A DNA stretch of 64,000 bases from Faecousia sp. (GTDB lineage Bacteria; Bacillota; Clostridia; Oscillospirales; Oscillospiraceae). Position numbers and translations under genes: made by a program. The notes under the pieces are model-generated. The model was not told the DNA's origin, searched no databases, and saw only the letters and a list, made by a program, of their open reading frames with translations. Location: positions 14,441 through 78,440 of the forward strand of contig JAZNLC010000053.1 of the NCBI GenBank assembly GCA_045578895.1, read 5' to 3'. Positions within the stretch are counted from its first letter, which is position 1. Each line of letters begins with the position of its first letter. Shown piece by piece: positions 39,043 to 49,352 of the stretch.

Positions 39043-40290
39043 ATGAATGCTTTAAGTAGTGAGATTTATAATACAATCCCACAAAAAGATAAGGTGCTGC
39101 CCACGGAAAACCTTAAAATTAGTGAACCAGCATTGAAGTATGCTGGTAAGATTAAGGAACTGTTTTTGTTAAGGCTTGCTGAGGGCAATTTGAAATACGT
39201 ATCCAATGTTCGTGAGCAGGCGAAGCAATTGAATATTTCGACCGAGCAAAAACACTATGTTGTTTTTGCTGTGTCTGTTGACGATTCGAATGATGCTATT
39301 CACGGCGATGCCGCGATCTGCATGTTTGAAGATAAGGTAAGAAGCAGCAAATTTGCAGTTGACTATTTTATGGCGTGCAGAATTGATATGTATAGTCGCC
39401 TTATTTGTATTGTAAATGTGGATGCTCCCTACACGGACTCAACGCGACTGGAAGAAGCGATCCTACAGCTAGTGAATGCAGTAAATCATGAAACCGGGGT
39501 GCGATTATGCTACGGAATCGGTGCGTTTGTCGATAAATTGGAACTTCTTTCTGAGTCTTATGATTCAGCGATTTCTATTTTGGAGCACAATCTGAAAATT
39601 AAGAATAATGCAGCATCCCTAACAAATAGCGATTACTTTAAGAACAGTCAGGAAATTCACAAAAAATTGTTGGATATGTTCCGCGGCGGTGATATTACCA
39701 GTATTCAAACGGCGGTGAAGCAACATGTGAATTCCATACATTTGAATGTTCCTGGCAGGCAAGTTTTGATCGAACGGTTTGCTGTGCGTTATCTGCAGAA
39801 TATTACAAATGAATGCATGAGGTTAGGCATTACACTGGAGCGCTTTGAAAGCTATGTTCCAGCTGTTGTGTGTCTGATGCAGCTTGACAGTGCAGGTAGT
39901 GTTGACGTGCTTTTGCAATTGACAGAACAAATTCTGAAGTATATTAGTGTTCATAGAACAAAAGAAGGCAGTCATTTATTGAATATGGCAAAAGACTATA
40001 TACAAGAAAATATAAGTAACGAAAAACTGGATTTGGCAACGGTTGGCGATCATGTGGGTTTGTCGCGGGTTTATTTCTGTAAGCTATTTCATCAAATGGA
40101 AGGCATTAGTTTTAGTGCTTATTTAAAAAAAGTTCGTATAGAAAAAGCAAAACAACTATTACTGACTACCAATATGAGAATTTTCGAGGTTGGTAACGCT
40201 GTTGGTTTTTCTCACGCCAAATATTTTGGTCAAGTTTTTAAAGAAACAGTTGGGCAAACACCATTAGAATTCAAAAAAGGTATTAGTTAA
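39043..40290 (+). CDS. AraC-family regulator with long N-terminal (CdaR/GGDEF-like) region, no receiver domain
   Basis: C-terminal GLSRVYFCKLF and VGFSHAKYF double HTH; GIG.....L..SY..A motif; AT-rich gene. Confidence 0.85.
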   Translation: MNALSSEIYNTIPQKDKVLPTENLKISEPALKYAGKIKELFLLRLAEGNLKYVSNVREQAKQLNISTEQKHYVVFAVSVDDSNDAIHGDAAICMFEDKVRSSKFAVDYFMACRIDMYSRLICIVNVDAPYTDSTRLEEAILQLVNAVNHETGVRLCYGIGAFVDKLELLSESYDSAISILEHNLKIKNNAASLTNSDYFKNSQEIHKKLLDMFRGGDITSIQTAVKQHVNSIHLNVPGRQVLIERFAVRYLQNITNECMRLGITLERFESYVPAVVCLMQLDSAGSVDVLLQLTEQILKYISVHRTKEGSHLLNMAKDYIQENISNEKLDLATVGDHVGLSRVYFCKLFHQMEGISFSAYLKKVRIEKAKQLLLTTNMRIFEVGNAVGFSHAKYFGQVFKETVGQTPLEFKKGIS

Positions 40291-40323
40291 GAAATATAAA
40301 CACTTTTATATGAGGTCACAATT

Positions 40324-40884
40324 ATGGATGTAGAATCTGCAATCAGGCAAAGAAGAACGATACGCCGCTTTCAACAGTTACCGATCGATGAAAACCAACT
40401 CAGGGAGCTGGTCAAACTTTCAAGATTATATGCTTCCGGCGGTAACCTTCAGCCGATTCGTTATATAGGTGTGCTGGACGAGCAAATGAGAAACGATGTA
40501 TTCGAGAATCTCCGTTGGGCAGCTTATTTGCCCGGCTTTGAGATTAGCGATAATCAGCGTCCGATGGGATATGTGATCCTAACTTGCCACGCACCGGCAA
40601 AAAGGAATTGTCAGTTTGACCTTGGCGCAGCAGCGACTACACTGATGCTGGCAGCCGAAGGACAGGGAATCGCTACATGTTGCCTGGGTTCCTTCGGACG
40701 CGAAAGAATGATTGAAATACTTGGTTTGCATGATGAAGAGCCACTACTTGTCATTGCACTGGGTTACCCGGCACAAAAAAGTAAAGTGGTTGATCTGGTT
40801 GATGATGTAAAATACTACGAAAATAAAGATGGCTGTCTGTGTGTTCCCAAGAGAACGATGGATGATTTGTTGACGTTGTATTAA
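40324..40884 (+). CDS. Nitroreductase family protein
   Basis: RRTIRRF, SGGNLQP, DLG.A...MLAA..G..TC, IALGYP. Confidence 0.9.
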   Translation: MDVESAIRQRRTIRRFQQLPIDENQLRELVKLSRLYASGGNLQPIRYIGVLDEQMRNDVFENLRWAAYLPGFEISDNQRPMGYVILTCHAPAKRNCQFDLGAAATTLMLAAEGQGIATCCLGSFGRERMIEILGLHDEEPLLVIALGYPAQKSKVVDLVDDVKYYENKDGCLCVPKRTMDDLLTLY

Positions 40885-40887
40885 AAA

Positions 40888-40918
40888 ACAGGCTTGCCAC
40901 GATCATTGGCAAGCCTGT
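40888..40918. terminator. Bidirectional terminator between convergent genes
   Basis: ACAGGCTTGCCA..TGGCAAGCCTGT. Confidence 0.7.
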
Positions 40919-40936
40919 CCTTTGTAATCAGATATG

Positions 40937-42262
40937 TTATTTGTACATTGCCATGTACGGACCGTGGGCTTCAATCATTTCGTTCACCATGGAAACGATT
41001 TCATCAATAGTCAACTCTGCTGCAGCATGGGGATCCAGCATGACAGCATTGATAATGTCTTCTCGCTTTTTGGTACGTGCTGCTTCAATTGCGAGGAGCT
41101 GAGGGTTGATATTTGTCATGTTCATTGCTGCCAAAACTGGAGGCAAGTGGCCGACAAAGGTTGGATGGATTCCTGTGCCATCTACCAAACAAGGTACTTC
41201 TACACAGGCATGTTCGGGGAAATCCTGGATCAAATGACCGGTATTTAGAACGTTGCCGCCGATCTGATAAGGTGTATTCGTATAGACTGCATCCATAATA
41301 TGGGAAGCATACTCGCGGCTGCGTTCGTGACTCAATTCCCGATCATTGAGCAATTTTTTGCTTAAGGTATTCCAATCATTGATCTGTTTGATACAGCGTC
41401 TTGGGTACTCATCCAGTGGGATGTTAAAACGCTGGATCAGCTCCGGATGTTTGGCCTTGATATAAAAAGGATTGTACTCGGCATTGTGTTCGCTGGATTC
41501 CGTACAATAATAGCCAAACTTCTCAATGTAATCAAAGCGAACCATGTCATTGTGAATTTGTGTGGCATTTTTTTCTTTTGCTCTGCGGCGGATCTCCGGG
41601 TACAGATCATTGCCGTACTTGTCCTGAATGGACAGGAGCCAGCCCATATGATTGATACCGGCGATTACTTCCTTGCGGCCATCCAGCTTGTCCTGCATGT
41701 CCAGCATTTCAAACAGATGCTTTGTGCAGACCTGAACACTGTGGCAGAGGCCGACTGTTTTGACACCGGTGTAGCGAAGCATGAAACCAGTAAGCATTGC
41801 CATGGGGTTTGTGTAATTCAAAAACAGCGCATTGGGGCACACTTCTTCCATATCTCGCGCAAAGCCTTCCATGACCGGAATTGTACGCAGCGCACGCATG
41901 ATACCGCCAACACCAAGTGTATCGGCGATAGTTTGCTGCAGACCGTATTTTTTCGGTATCTCAAAATCGATCACGGTGCAGGGCTCATATCCGCCTACCT
42001 GAATGGCATTGACTACGAAGGTCGCGCCACGCAGTGCATCCTTTCGATTCTCCTCGCCCAAGTAGGTTTTGATGACAGCCCTGTTTTGGTTGATATTATG
42101 ATTCAAAGTCTCCAAAATTCGAGCACTTTCTGTTAAACGCACACCGTCAATATCATAAAGCGCAATCTCACATTCCCGTAGGGAAGGAGTGCACATTACG
42201 TCACCGAGAACATTTCGTGCGAAGACGGTGCTGCCTGCGCCCATAAAAGTAATTTTCAGCAT
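40937..42262 (-). CDS. melA: NAD+-dependent alpha-galactosidase, GH4
   Basis: GAGSTVF, DFEIPKKYG, NYTNPM, GLCHSVQ, AGINH, TESSEH.AEY. Confidence 0.92.
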   Translation of the reverse strand: MLKITFMGAGSTVFARNVLGDVMCTPSLRECEIALYDIDGVRLTESARILETLNHNINQNRAVIKTYLGEENRKDALRGATFVVNAIQVGGYEPCTVIDFEIPKKYGLQQTIADTLGVGGIMRALRTIPVMEGFARDMEEVCPNALFLNYTNPMAMLTGFMLRYTGVKTVGLCHSVQVCTKHLFEMLDMQDKLDGRKEVIAGINHMGWLLSIQDKYGNDLYPEIRRRAKEKNATQIHNDMVRFDYIEKFGYYCTESSEHNAEYNPFYIKAKHPELIQRFNIPLDEYPRRCIKQINDWNTLSKKLLNDRELSHERSREYASHIMDAVYTNTPYQIGGNVLNTGHLIQDFPEHACVEVPCLVDGTGIHPTFVGHLPPVLAAMNMTNINPQLLAIEAARTKKREDIINAVMLDPHAAAELTIDEIVSMVNEMIEAHGPYMAMYK

Positions 42263-42378
42263 AGTAGAACATCCTTTCTATATGATTGCTACAAGTACAG
42301 TATATCAGAAACTCTTGTATTCAGTAAATAGCGAAAACAATTTATAATTTGTCAAAATCATATTTAGAGGTGATTTTT

Positions 42379-43167
42379 GTGCATCAATGTTTATATCCCG
42401 TCTATCCGGAAAGTGAGAGCGTATATGTCAGTGCTTTTGGCATGGAAATGGATGGAAAGAATGCTTTTTGGGGTCCTGGCAGAAGAAAAGAATGCATCGT
42501 GCATTATGTGCTAAGCGGAGAAGGTTGGTTTAACGGACAGCTGATCCATGAAAACCAGGGTTTCTACATTGAGGCTGGAGATCTGGTTGAGTATAATCCA
42601 AATCCAAACAATCCGTGGAATTATTTTTGGATTAATTGCTCAAAAGAGTTTGCTGAGCATTATTTAAAACCGCATCTGCCAACCAACGCTTATGGCATTT
42701 TTGATTATTCCTTTAAAAATAAGCTTCTTAAGATTATTGATAAAATCTTTCGCTCTGATCATGACATGGGGATTGTGGAGTCGTTTGGCTATACCTTCTC
42801 TATACTAATGCAGCATGTTCCAAAACCGGCAGTTGGCTCTAAGTCTCACAATTATATCAGACAGGCAAAATACTACATTGACAGCAATATTAACAGGAGA
42901 CTTCTTGTTTCTGATGTTGCCGAAGCGATTGCTGTGAACGACAGATATTTATATTCGCTGTTTGTAAAGCATGAGGGTGTATCCGTAAAAGAATACATCA
43001 TGTTAAGAAAACTGGAAACGGCGGAGGATCTGCTGGAGAGTACGGACTTATCGATCGCTGATATTGCGTTCGCAGTTGGCTTTACAGATGTTTTCAGTTT
43101 TTCAAAAGCGTTTAAAATCAAATACCATATCCCGCCGACAAAATATAGGGAACAAATGAAATGCTGA
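42379..43167 (+). CDS. AraC-family regulator (MsmR/RafR-like), divergent from melA
   Basis: WGPG.R...HYVLSG.G sensor; VGFTDVFSFSKAFK HTH; GTG start. Confidence 0.9.
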   Translation: MHQCLYPVYPESESVYVSAFGMEMDGKNAFWGPGRRKECIVHYVLSGEGWFNGQLIHENQGFYIEAGDLVEYNPNPNNPWNYFWINCSKEFAEHYLKPHLPTNAYGIFDYSFKNKLLKIIDKIFRSDHDMGIVESFGYTFSILMQHVPKPAVGSKSHNYIRQAKYYIDSNINRRLLVSDVAEAIAVNDRYLYSLFVKHEGVSVKEYIMLRKLETAEDLLESTDLSIADIAFAVGFTDVFSFSKAFKIKYHIPPTKYREQMKC

Positions 43168-43201
43168 TGTGAAACATCTTCGGTTGATTTTTAATATACA
43201 G

Positions 43202-43230
43202 TTGACATTGGAAATAAAATGTAGGATAAT
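43202..43230 (+). promoter_or_regulatory. Sigma-A promoter upstream of the FG-GAP gene
   Basis: TTGACA-N17-GATAAT. Confidence 0.6.
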
Positions 43231-43321
43231 ACAGCAAAGTATGCGGATTACATCTGCGTATTTTTCTCAAAATTGGAATGTGTTCTACAAAAATAATTTG
43301 CACTATGTTAGGAGAATAATC

Positions 43322-46054
43322 ATGGAATGGATCACAAAAGGATTTGAAGGATTTTTCAAGGGTACCATGGAAAATGGCGGTCAGAACCTGTATGTATCGA
43401 AAAAAGGTGTTCTGCAGCGTATTTTTCAGTATGATTTGAATTTGGACGGCCATCCCGATATTCTGTTTGGTAACAGCCAAAGCATGTTTGAGCGTCCTCC
43501 TGTCTATGTTTACAGCAACCCGCTGAAGGAGCAGAAGGCAGTGGAACTGCCGACGAACGGTCCTTACGACGGCTGCATGGCCGATCTGCACGGCAGCGGT
43601 TATCAGGATCTGATCATTGCCTGCCAGAGTGACGGTCAGCATAGCGATATTGCCTCTATGATTTATTTTGGCAGCGAGGAGGGCTATACTGAGAAGTACC
43701 GCCTGGAACTGGCTGCACCCAATGCCAAGAGCGTCTGCGTTGGCGACTTTAACGGCAATGGAAAGCTTGACATTATGTTTGCTTCCAACGGCAAGCTGCG
43801 TATGTTCTTCCAGAGAGAATGTGGCTTTGGTCCCGCTGACCTGATTGATTATGATGTAGAAGTTGAAAATGTCGCCTCTGCTGACTTTGACGGCGACGGT
43901 TTCTGCGATGTGGTCTTTAAGAACAAGGACGGCAAGGCCGGTATCATCTTTGGTTCCAAGGATGGCCTGGATGTTGACAACATCCTGTGGCTGGAGACTG
44001 CCGGCGGCAAGGACAAGGAAGAACTGGAAGGTTCTACCGCCGGTGCCGCTGCCGGTATGACTTCCTGGCGGCCCTGTGTTGTCACTGTCAATGGCGTACA
44101 GTATCTGTTTGTTGTGGAAGGTGAGAAGTTCTACCTCTTCACCTGCAATGCACAGCGTGAGATTACAGTGGCAAAGACTTTCGACTGCCCCGGCGCGGTT
44201 TGCGTTGCCGCTGCTGACGTCAACGGTGATGACTTTGAGGAGCTTGCTGTCGCTGTGTTTGCTGATCGTGTTAAGGAAGCTGACTGCCGTGTCTACAAGG
44301 GCAGCGAGAATGGCTTCTGTGATTGCTATGAGACCCTGTCTTTGAAGGGCTGTGTCAGTGTTACCTCCGCAAACCTGGATGGCAAGAAGTTTATTTTCTG
44401 CCGTACCGGCGAGCATATTGAAAAGGAAGTTCCCTGTCCCGTAGTGACCTTGGATGCAAATGGCAAGATCCAGGTGGTTACTGAGCTGATGGCCGGTGAC
44501 TGCGGAACTATCGTAGCAGGTAAGCCCGCTGGTGGCGAAGGTGATGATACGGTTGTCATGATCAACCATATGCTCAACCGCGGCAGAGGCCACGAAGACG
44601 TTTGGGTCTACCTGGGTGGCGAGGATGGTTATGTTCCCGGTCGCGTTGCTGCCTTCCCCGGACACTCCGCGGTTGGCGGCGCTATGCTGGACTTCTTCGA
44701 CACCGGCAAGGTTGACGTTTGGGTCGATAACTGCTTTGAAGATGCTGCTTATATGGATGACGGCAGCTACATCTATGTTAATGACGGCAATAACAACTGG
44801 CCTGCCGAGAATAAGATCGTGATCCCCACTGTCCGTGGCCACGGTGCTGCTCTCGGTGATTTCCGCAAGTCCGGTTATATTGACATTGCCGCCGGTGGCT
44901 TCCGTAACCGCGAGCTGCGTATTTTCCACGGCAGCGAGAATGGTTACTCCCTGGATAACTGCACCAAGATCGTATTTGGCCCTGATGACGAAGGCTATGA
45001 GCCCCCCAAGTACTATGAGGAGCAGCCTTTGGAGATGACTGACCGTGAAAAGGAACTTACTGCTGAGTTTGGTGAGATCCGTTGGGTTTTGGCTGCTGAT
45101 GTCAATGGTGACGGCTGGCTGGATCTTATCGTTTCTCAGATCATTGGACCTCGCTGCTTCATTCTGTGGGGCGGCCCTGAGGGCTATTCCAAGGAACGCA
45201 TGCAGGTTCTCCATACCGACGGTGTCGCTTCCGCAACGGTGGCTGACCTGAACGGCAACGGTTATCCCGATCTGATCCTTGCTTCCCACATGTCCACGAA
45301 GAAGAATGACAAGTATGAGTCCTACATGACCATCTACTGGGGCGGCCCTGAGGGTTACAAGGAAAACCGCAGAACCCAACTGCCTACTTATTGCTCCAAC
45401 TCCTGCACCGTCGGTGACTTCTCCGGCCAGGGCAAGCTGGATCTGTATGCCGTTGCTTACCGTACCAGCCGCTGCCGTGATATTATGTCCCATGTCTATC
45501 TGAATGACGGCAAGGGTAACTTCGGTCTGCGTAATGTACAGTACCTGTTCAACCATTCTGCATCCGGTTGTGTTGCCGGCGACTTCAACGGTGACGGCTA
45601 TACAGACCTGGCGATTGCCTGCCATAAGGAATACGGCAACCATGTTTCTCACTCCTTTATCTTCTGGGGTGGCCCCGACGGCTTGAGTTTCGATCGGAAG
45701 ACAGTTCTGCCCACGATTGGACCTCACGGTATGAGCACTGTGGATCCCGGCAACATCATGGACCGTGGTCCTAAGGAACACTATACTTCTGAAGTAAATG
45801 TTCTGCCTGAAGGCGCAAAGGTCACATCCGTTGCGTGGGAAGGCGTGTGCACTTCTACCAGCTGGGTGGAAGTGGAGATCCGTGCAGCTGCTTCTGCTGC
45901 TGAACTGGAATCCGCCGCTTGGCAGAGCGTTGAATCCGGCGCGGACATTTCCGGCCTGAATCTGACCGGTGCCGTTCAGTATCGACTGGCTCTTTGCGCT
46001 AAGTGCGCATGCGGCACGCCCAGAATTGAAAGCGTAACCGTCAAGTATGAATAA
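43322..46054 (+). CDS. Large FG-GAP/VCBS-repeat beta-propeller protein without signal peptide
   Basis: About 11 DxNGDG..D(L/I)-type repeats and IYWGGPEGY repeats; ATG 43322 with AGGAG RBS; N-terminus not hydrophobic. Confidence 0.85.
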   Translation: MEWITKGFEGFFKGTMENGGQNLYVSKKGVLQRIFQYDLNLDGHPDILFGNSQSMFERPPVYVYSNPLKEQKAVELPTNGPYDGCMADLHGSGYQDLIIACQSDGQHSDIASMIYFGSEEGYTEKYRLELAAPNAKSVCVGDFNGNGKLDIMFASNGKLRMFFQRECGFGPADLIDYDVEVENVASADFDGDGFCDVVFKNKDGKAGIIFGSKDGLDVDNILWLETAGGKDKEELEGSTAGAAAGMTSWRPCVVTVNGVQYLFVVEGEKFYLFTCNAQREITVAKTFDCPGAVCVAAADVNGDDFEELAVAVFADRVKEADCRVYKGSENGFCDCYETLSLKGCVSVTSANLDGKKFIFCRTGEHIEKEVPCPVVTLDANGKIQVVTELMAGDCGTIVAGKPAGGEGDDTVVMINHMLNRGRGHEDVWVYLGGEDGYVPGRVAAFPGHSAVGGAMLDFFDTGKVDVWVDNCFEDAAYMDDGSYIYVNDGNNNWPAENKIVIPTVRGHGAALGDFRKSGYIDIAAGGFRNRELRIFHGSENGYSLDNCTKIVFGPDDEGYEPPKYYEEQPLEMTDREKELTAEFGEIRWVLAADVNGDGWLDLIVSQIIGPRCFILWGGPEGYSKERMQVLHTDGVASATVADLNGNGYPDLILASHMSTKKNDKYESYMTIYWGGPEGYKENRRTQLPTYCSNSCTVGDFSGQGKLDLYAVAYRTSRCRDIMSHVYLNDGKGNFGLRNVQYLFNHSASGCVAGDFNGDGYTDLAIACHKEYGNHVSHSFIFWGGPDGLSFDRKTVLPTIGPHGMSTVDPGNIMDRGPKEHYTSEVNVLPEGAKVTSVAWEGVCTSTSWVEVEIRAAASAAELESAAWQSVESGADISGLNLTGAVQYRLALCAKCACGTPRIESVTVKYE

Positions 46055-46062
46055 TTGAAATG

Positions 46063-46093
46063 AACAAGGCGAGGCTAATAACCTCGCCTTGTT
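46063..46093 (+). terminator. Intergenic hairpin (stabiliser or weak terminator)
   Basis: AACAAGGCGAGG..CCTCGCCTTGTT. Confidence 0.55.
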
Positions 46094-46112
46094 TGCAAAG
46101 AGGAGTAATATT

Positions 46113-49100
46113 ATGATTGTACCTCGTTATTACGAAGATCTCACTGTTCTCCATGAGAACACTATGCCGAATCGCAGTTATTATATTCCGGCATCCGTGC
46201 GGATGGACAACTTAGTGGATGATCGTTGTGCGTCCGATCGTTTGCAGCTTCTCAGCGGAGATTGGAAGTTCCGGTATTTTTCCAGCGTCTATGATCTGAA
46301 AGAAGAGTTCTTTGCCGTTGGCTATGATACTTCTACTTTTGATACATTACCGGTTCCCAGTAACTGGCAGATGCACGGCTATGATCTGCATCATTATATT
46401 AACAGCCGTTATCCGTTCCCTGCGGATCCTCCTTATGTGCCCCACGACAATCCCTGTGGTGCTTATGTAACAAAATTTGAATTCCATAAGAATGCAGATG
46501 CTCCGTTGACTTATCTGAATTTTGAAGGTGTCGATTCCTGCTATTATGTTTGGCTGAACGGTAAGTATGTCGGCTATAGTCAGGTTGCCCATTCCACCAG
46601 CGAGTTCGATGTGACCGGTCATCTTTGCGAGGGTGAAAATACCCTCGCGGTATTGGTGCTGAAATGGTGCGACGGCAGCTATCTGGAATGTCAGGATAAG
46701 TTCCGCTGGAACGGCATTTTCCGGGATGTATATCTTTTGAACCGCCCTGTGAATATGCTTTGGGATTACTTTATTACCAACAAACTGGAGCAGGGAAGTG
46801 CTACGGTCACCGTTCGGACAAAGACACTTCCTGAGGATGCGTCCGTACAGATTTCTCTGTACGATCCTTGCGGTAAACTGGTTGCATCTGCAAAGGCGGA
46901 AGAATGTGATGATGATCATTTCTGCCAGAGCGCTGACTTAACGGTTATTGAACCTCTGCTTTGGAACGCTGAACAGCCCAATCTTTATACGATCGTTTTG
47001 GAAACAGAAGGGGAGACAATTGTCGATTATGTAGGTCTTCGTGAGATCTGTATCAAGGATTGTGTCGTATATCTCAATGGCGTGCCTGTTAAATTCCGCG
47101 GTGTCAACCGCCATGAGTCCGACCCTGTTAAGGGCTATGTCATTGATGTGGAGCAGACAAAGCGGGAGCTGAAACTGCTGAAAGAGTATAATTTCAACGG
47201 CATTCGTACCAGCCATTATCCCAGCCATCCCGTGTTTTATCATCTGTGTGACCGTTACGGCTTCTATGTGATCGATGAAGCGGACATTGAGGCCCATGGC
47301 GCACAGCATTGCTGGCATGATGGAAAACTCAGTAACAACAAAAAATGGAATGTGATGGTGGCCGATGATCCTGATTTCATTGGTTCCATCGTGGACCGTG
47401 TGCAGCGGATGGTGCAGCGGGATAAGAACCGTCCCAGTGCTGTGATCTGGTCCATGGGTAACGAGTCTGCCTACGGCTGTGGTTTTGAAATGGCTTTGGC
47501 CTGGACGAAGTCTTTTGATCCCAGCCGCTTGACCCATTATGAATCTGCCCGGTATGTCGGCGACGATCGTAAGTATGACTATTCCAACCTGGACCTTTGG
47601 AGTGAGATGTACGCTTCTTTGGAATTCATGGATGAATATCTGAAGAAGGGTCCTGATAAGCCCTTTATCCAATGCGAATACTCCCATGCAATGGGCAATG
47701 GCCCCGGCGACCTGGAGGATTACTTCCAAAAGTTTGAGTCTGACCCTCGTTTCTGCGGCGGCTTTGTGTGGGAATTCCTGGACCATGCCGTGTTTAAGGG
47801 CTATGCTGATAACGGCAAAGCTATGTATTTCTACGGTGGCGATCATAACGAGCCGGTGCATGACGGAAACTTCTGCATGGACGGTTTGGTGTACCCGGAC
47901 AGACGGCCCCACACCGGCATTATGGAATTTAAGAATGTTCACGGTCCTGCCCGTGCGGTCTACGATCAAGAGACCGGCGTGGTAACGCTGCGCAATAAAC
48001 TGGCGTTCCTGGATTTGAAGGACTACATGGCGGTTTCCTATGAACTGACTTGCGACGGAATCCTTGTATCTGCCGGTGAAGTAGGGGAGCTGCCCTCTGT
48101 TTTGCCCGGATGTGAAGGTAGATTTGTTCTGAAAATATCTGTTCCGGATAGAGGTAAATGCTATTTGAAGCTGAACTACCTTTTGAAAAATGCTACCGAA
48201 TTACTTCCTGCCGGGCATCATCTTGGTTTTGATGAGTTCAAGCTGGAGAATGTTGATTCCAGAAATCAAGAGGCATTGCGGCTGCTCACTGCCCATACGG
48301 AAGGTGACTTGGCGGTGACAGAGGATGATGAATGGATCACCGTCAGCGGAAGTAACTTTACTTATGTATATAGTAAGCGCTCTGGCCTTTGGGAATCCAT
48401 GGAATTTGGTGGTAAGAAGCTGATCGAAAAGCCTATGGAGCTGAACATTTGGCGTGCGCCTACGGACAACGATCGTAATATGAAAGGTTCGTGGATGCTG
48501 GCAAAGCACCATGTAGCCTACGCCCGTGCCTATGAATCTTTTGTTTTGGAAGAAGACGGTGTCGTTCGGATCGAAAATACCATGTCTATTGCCGGTATGA
48601 CTACCCGTCCGGTGGTTCGCATGACCACTGTTTGGACAGTGGAACCTTCCGGTGCGATTGATCTGAATATGAATGGTGCAATGGATGAAAACTTCAGAAT
48701 GATTCCCAGATTTGGCATCCGCATGTTCATGCCCAAAGAAATGGAGCAAGTCCGTTACTTTGGCCTTGGCCCAGTTGAAAGTTATGTAGATAAGTGCAGA
48801 GCCAGCTATCATGGCCGGTTTGAAACGACGGTCACAGATCTGCACGAAGACTACCTGCGTCCCCAGGAAAACGGAAGCCACTGTGATTGCGACTATCTCT
48901 GCATTCGGAGCGAAGAAGCTTCTTTGTCGGTCGGCGGTGAGAACACTTTCTCCTTTAATGCTTCTCACTATACCCAGGAGGAACTGACCCAAAAGAATCA
49001 TAATTTCGAGTTGGAAGAGAGTGGATATACAGTGCTTTGTATTGATTATGCCCAAAACGGTATCGGCTCCAACAGCTGTGGCCCCGTCCTCTTGGATCGG

Positions 49101-49157
49101 TATGCACTCCATAAAGATGCTTTTACCTTCCGAATCCGTATTGTACCCGGATGCTGA
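46113..49157 (+). CDS. lacZ: Beta-galactosidase, GH2 (LacZ/EbgA type)
   Basis: VPSNWQMHG, GVNRHE, IRTSHYP, WSMGNES, CEYSHAMGNG, GGFVWE, NFCMDGLV, RAPTDND. Confidence 0.95.
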   Translation: MIVPRYYEDLTVLHENTMPNRSYYIPASVRMDNLVDDRCASDRLQLLSGDWKFRYFSSVYDLKEEFFAVGYDTSTFDTLPVPSNWQMHGYDLHHYINSRYPFPADPPYVPHDNPCGAYVTKFEFHKNADAPLTYLNFEGVDSCYYVWLNGKYVGYSQVAHSTSEFDVTGHLCEGENTLAVLVLKWCDGSYLECQDKFRWNGIFRDVYLLNRPVNMLWDYFITNKLEQGSATVTVRTKTLPEDASVQISLYDPCGKLVASAKAEECDDDHFCQSADLTVIEPLLWNAEQPNLYTIVLETEGETIVDYVGLREICIKDCVVYLNGVPVKFRGVNRHESDPVKGYVIDVEQTKRELKLLKEYNFNGIRTSHYPSHPVFYHLCDRYGFYVIDEADIEAHGAQHCWHDGKLSNNKKWNVMVADDPDFIGSIVDRVQRMVQRDKNRPSAVIWSMGNESAYGCGFEMALAWTKSFDPSRLTHYESARYVGDDRKYDYSNLDLWSEMYASLEFMDEYLKKGPDKPFIQCEYSHAMGNGPGDLEDYFQKFESDPRFCGGFVWEFLDHAVFKGYADNGKAMYFYGGDHNEPVHDGNFCMDGLVYPDRRPHTGIMEFKNVHGPARAVYDQETGVVTLRNKLAFLDLKDYMAVSYELTCDGILVSAGEVGELPSVLPGCEGRFVLKISVPDRGKCYLKLNYLLKNATELLPAGHHLGFDEFKLENVDSRNQEALRLLTAHTEGDLAVTEDDEWITVSGSNFTYVYSKRSGLWESMEFGGKKLIEKPMELNIWRAPTDNDRNMKGSWMLAKHHVAYARAYESFVLEEDGVVRIENTMSIAGMTTRPVVRMTTVWTVEPSGAIDLNMNGAMDENFRMIPRFGIRMFMPKEMEQVRYFGLGPVESYVDKCRASYHGRFETTVTDLHEDYLRPQENGSHCDCDYLCIRSEEASLSVGGENTFSFNASHYTQEELTQKNHNFELEESGYTVLCIDYAQNGIGSNSCGPVLLDRYALHKDAFTFRIRIVPGC

Positions 49158-49352
49158 TGGTCGGTAACTGTCGCGCTGCTGTTATATTGTGGGTAACGGT
49201 AATTGAATCACAAAATAGCGAGATTTAAAGTCTGCGCTCGGGACACAAATGTCCTTTGTGAGAGATTCTGCGGAATTTAATTACAGAATTCTCGCCGCGT
49301 AGCGCCTCTTTTTAGCTGAATTTTTCTGAATTTATTGAAATAATATACCAAG

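Noticed and set aside
44393-44408. TTTTCTGCCGTACC resembling the tRNA-Arg 3' end (possible attR)
   Set aside because: Short, imperfect, inside an intact CDS and without arm repeats.
43118-45781. 887-aa antisense ORF (also 20049-22124, 29095-30918, 52744-54513, 9775-11010 and other long shadow ORFs)
   Set aside because: They lie opposite well-supported genes with strong codon bias that suppresses antisense stops; no motifs or RBS.
48986-48995. TGACCCAAAA, reverse complement of the arm-site 10-mer
   Set aside because: Single copy inside the lacZ coding sequence with no att core nearby; likely chance.
49170-49313. Lysine or cobalamin riboswitch identity for the multi-stem segment
   Set aside because: Conserved loop-E/AGAGG and B12-box sequences are absent, and it lies upstream of the predicted promoter rather than in a leader.
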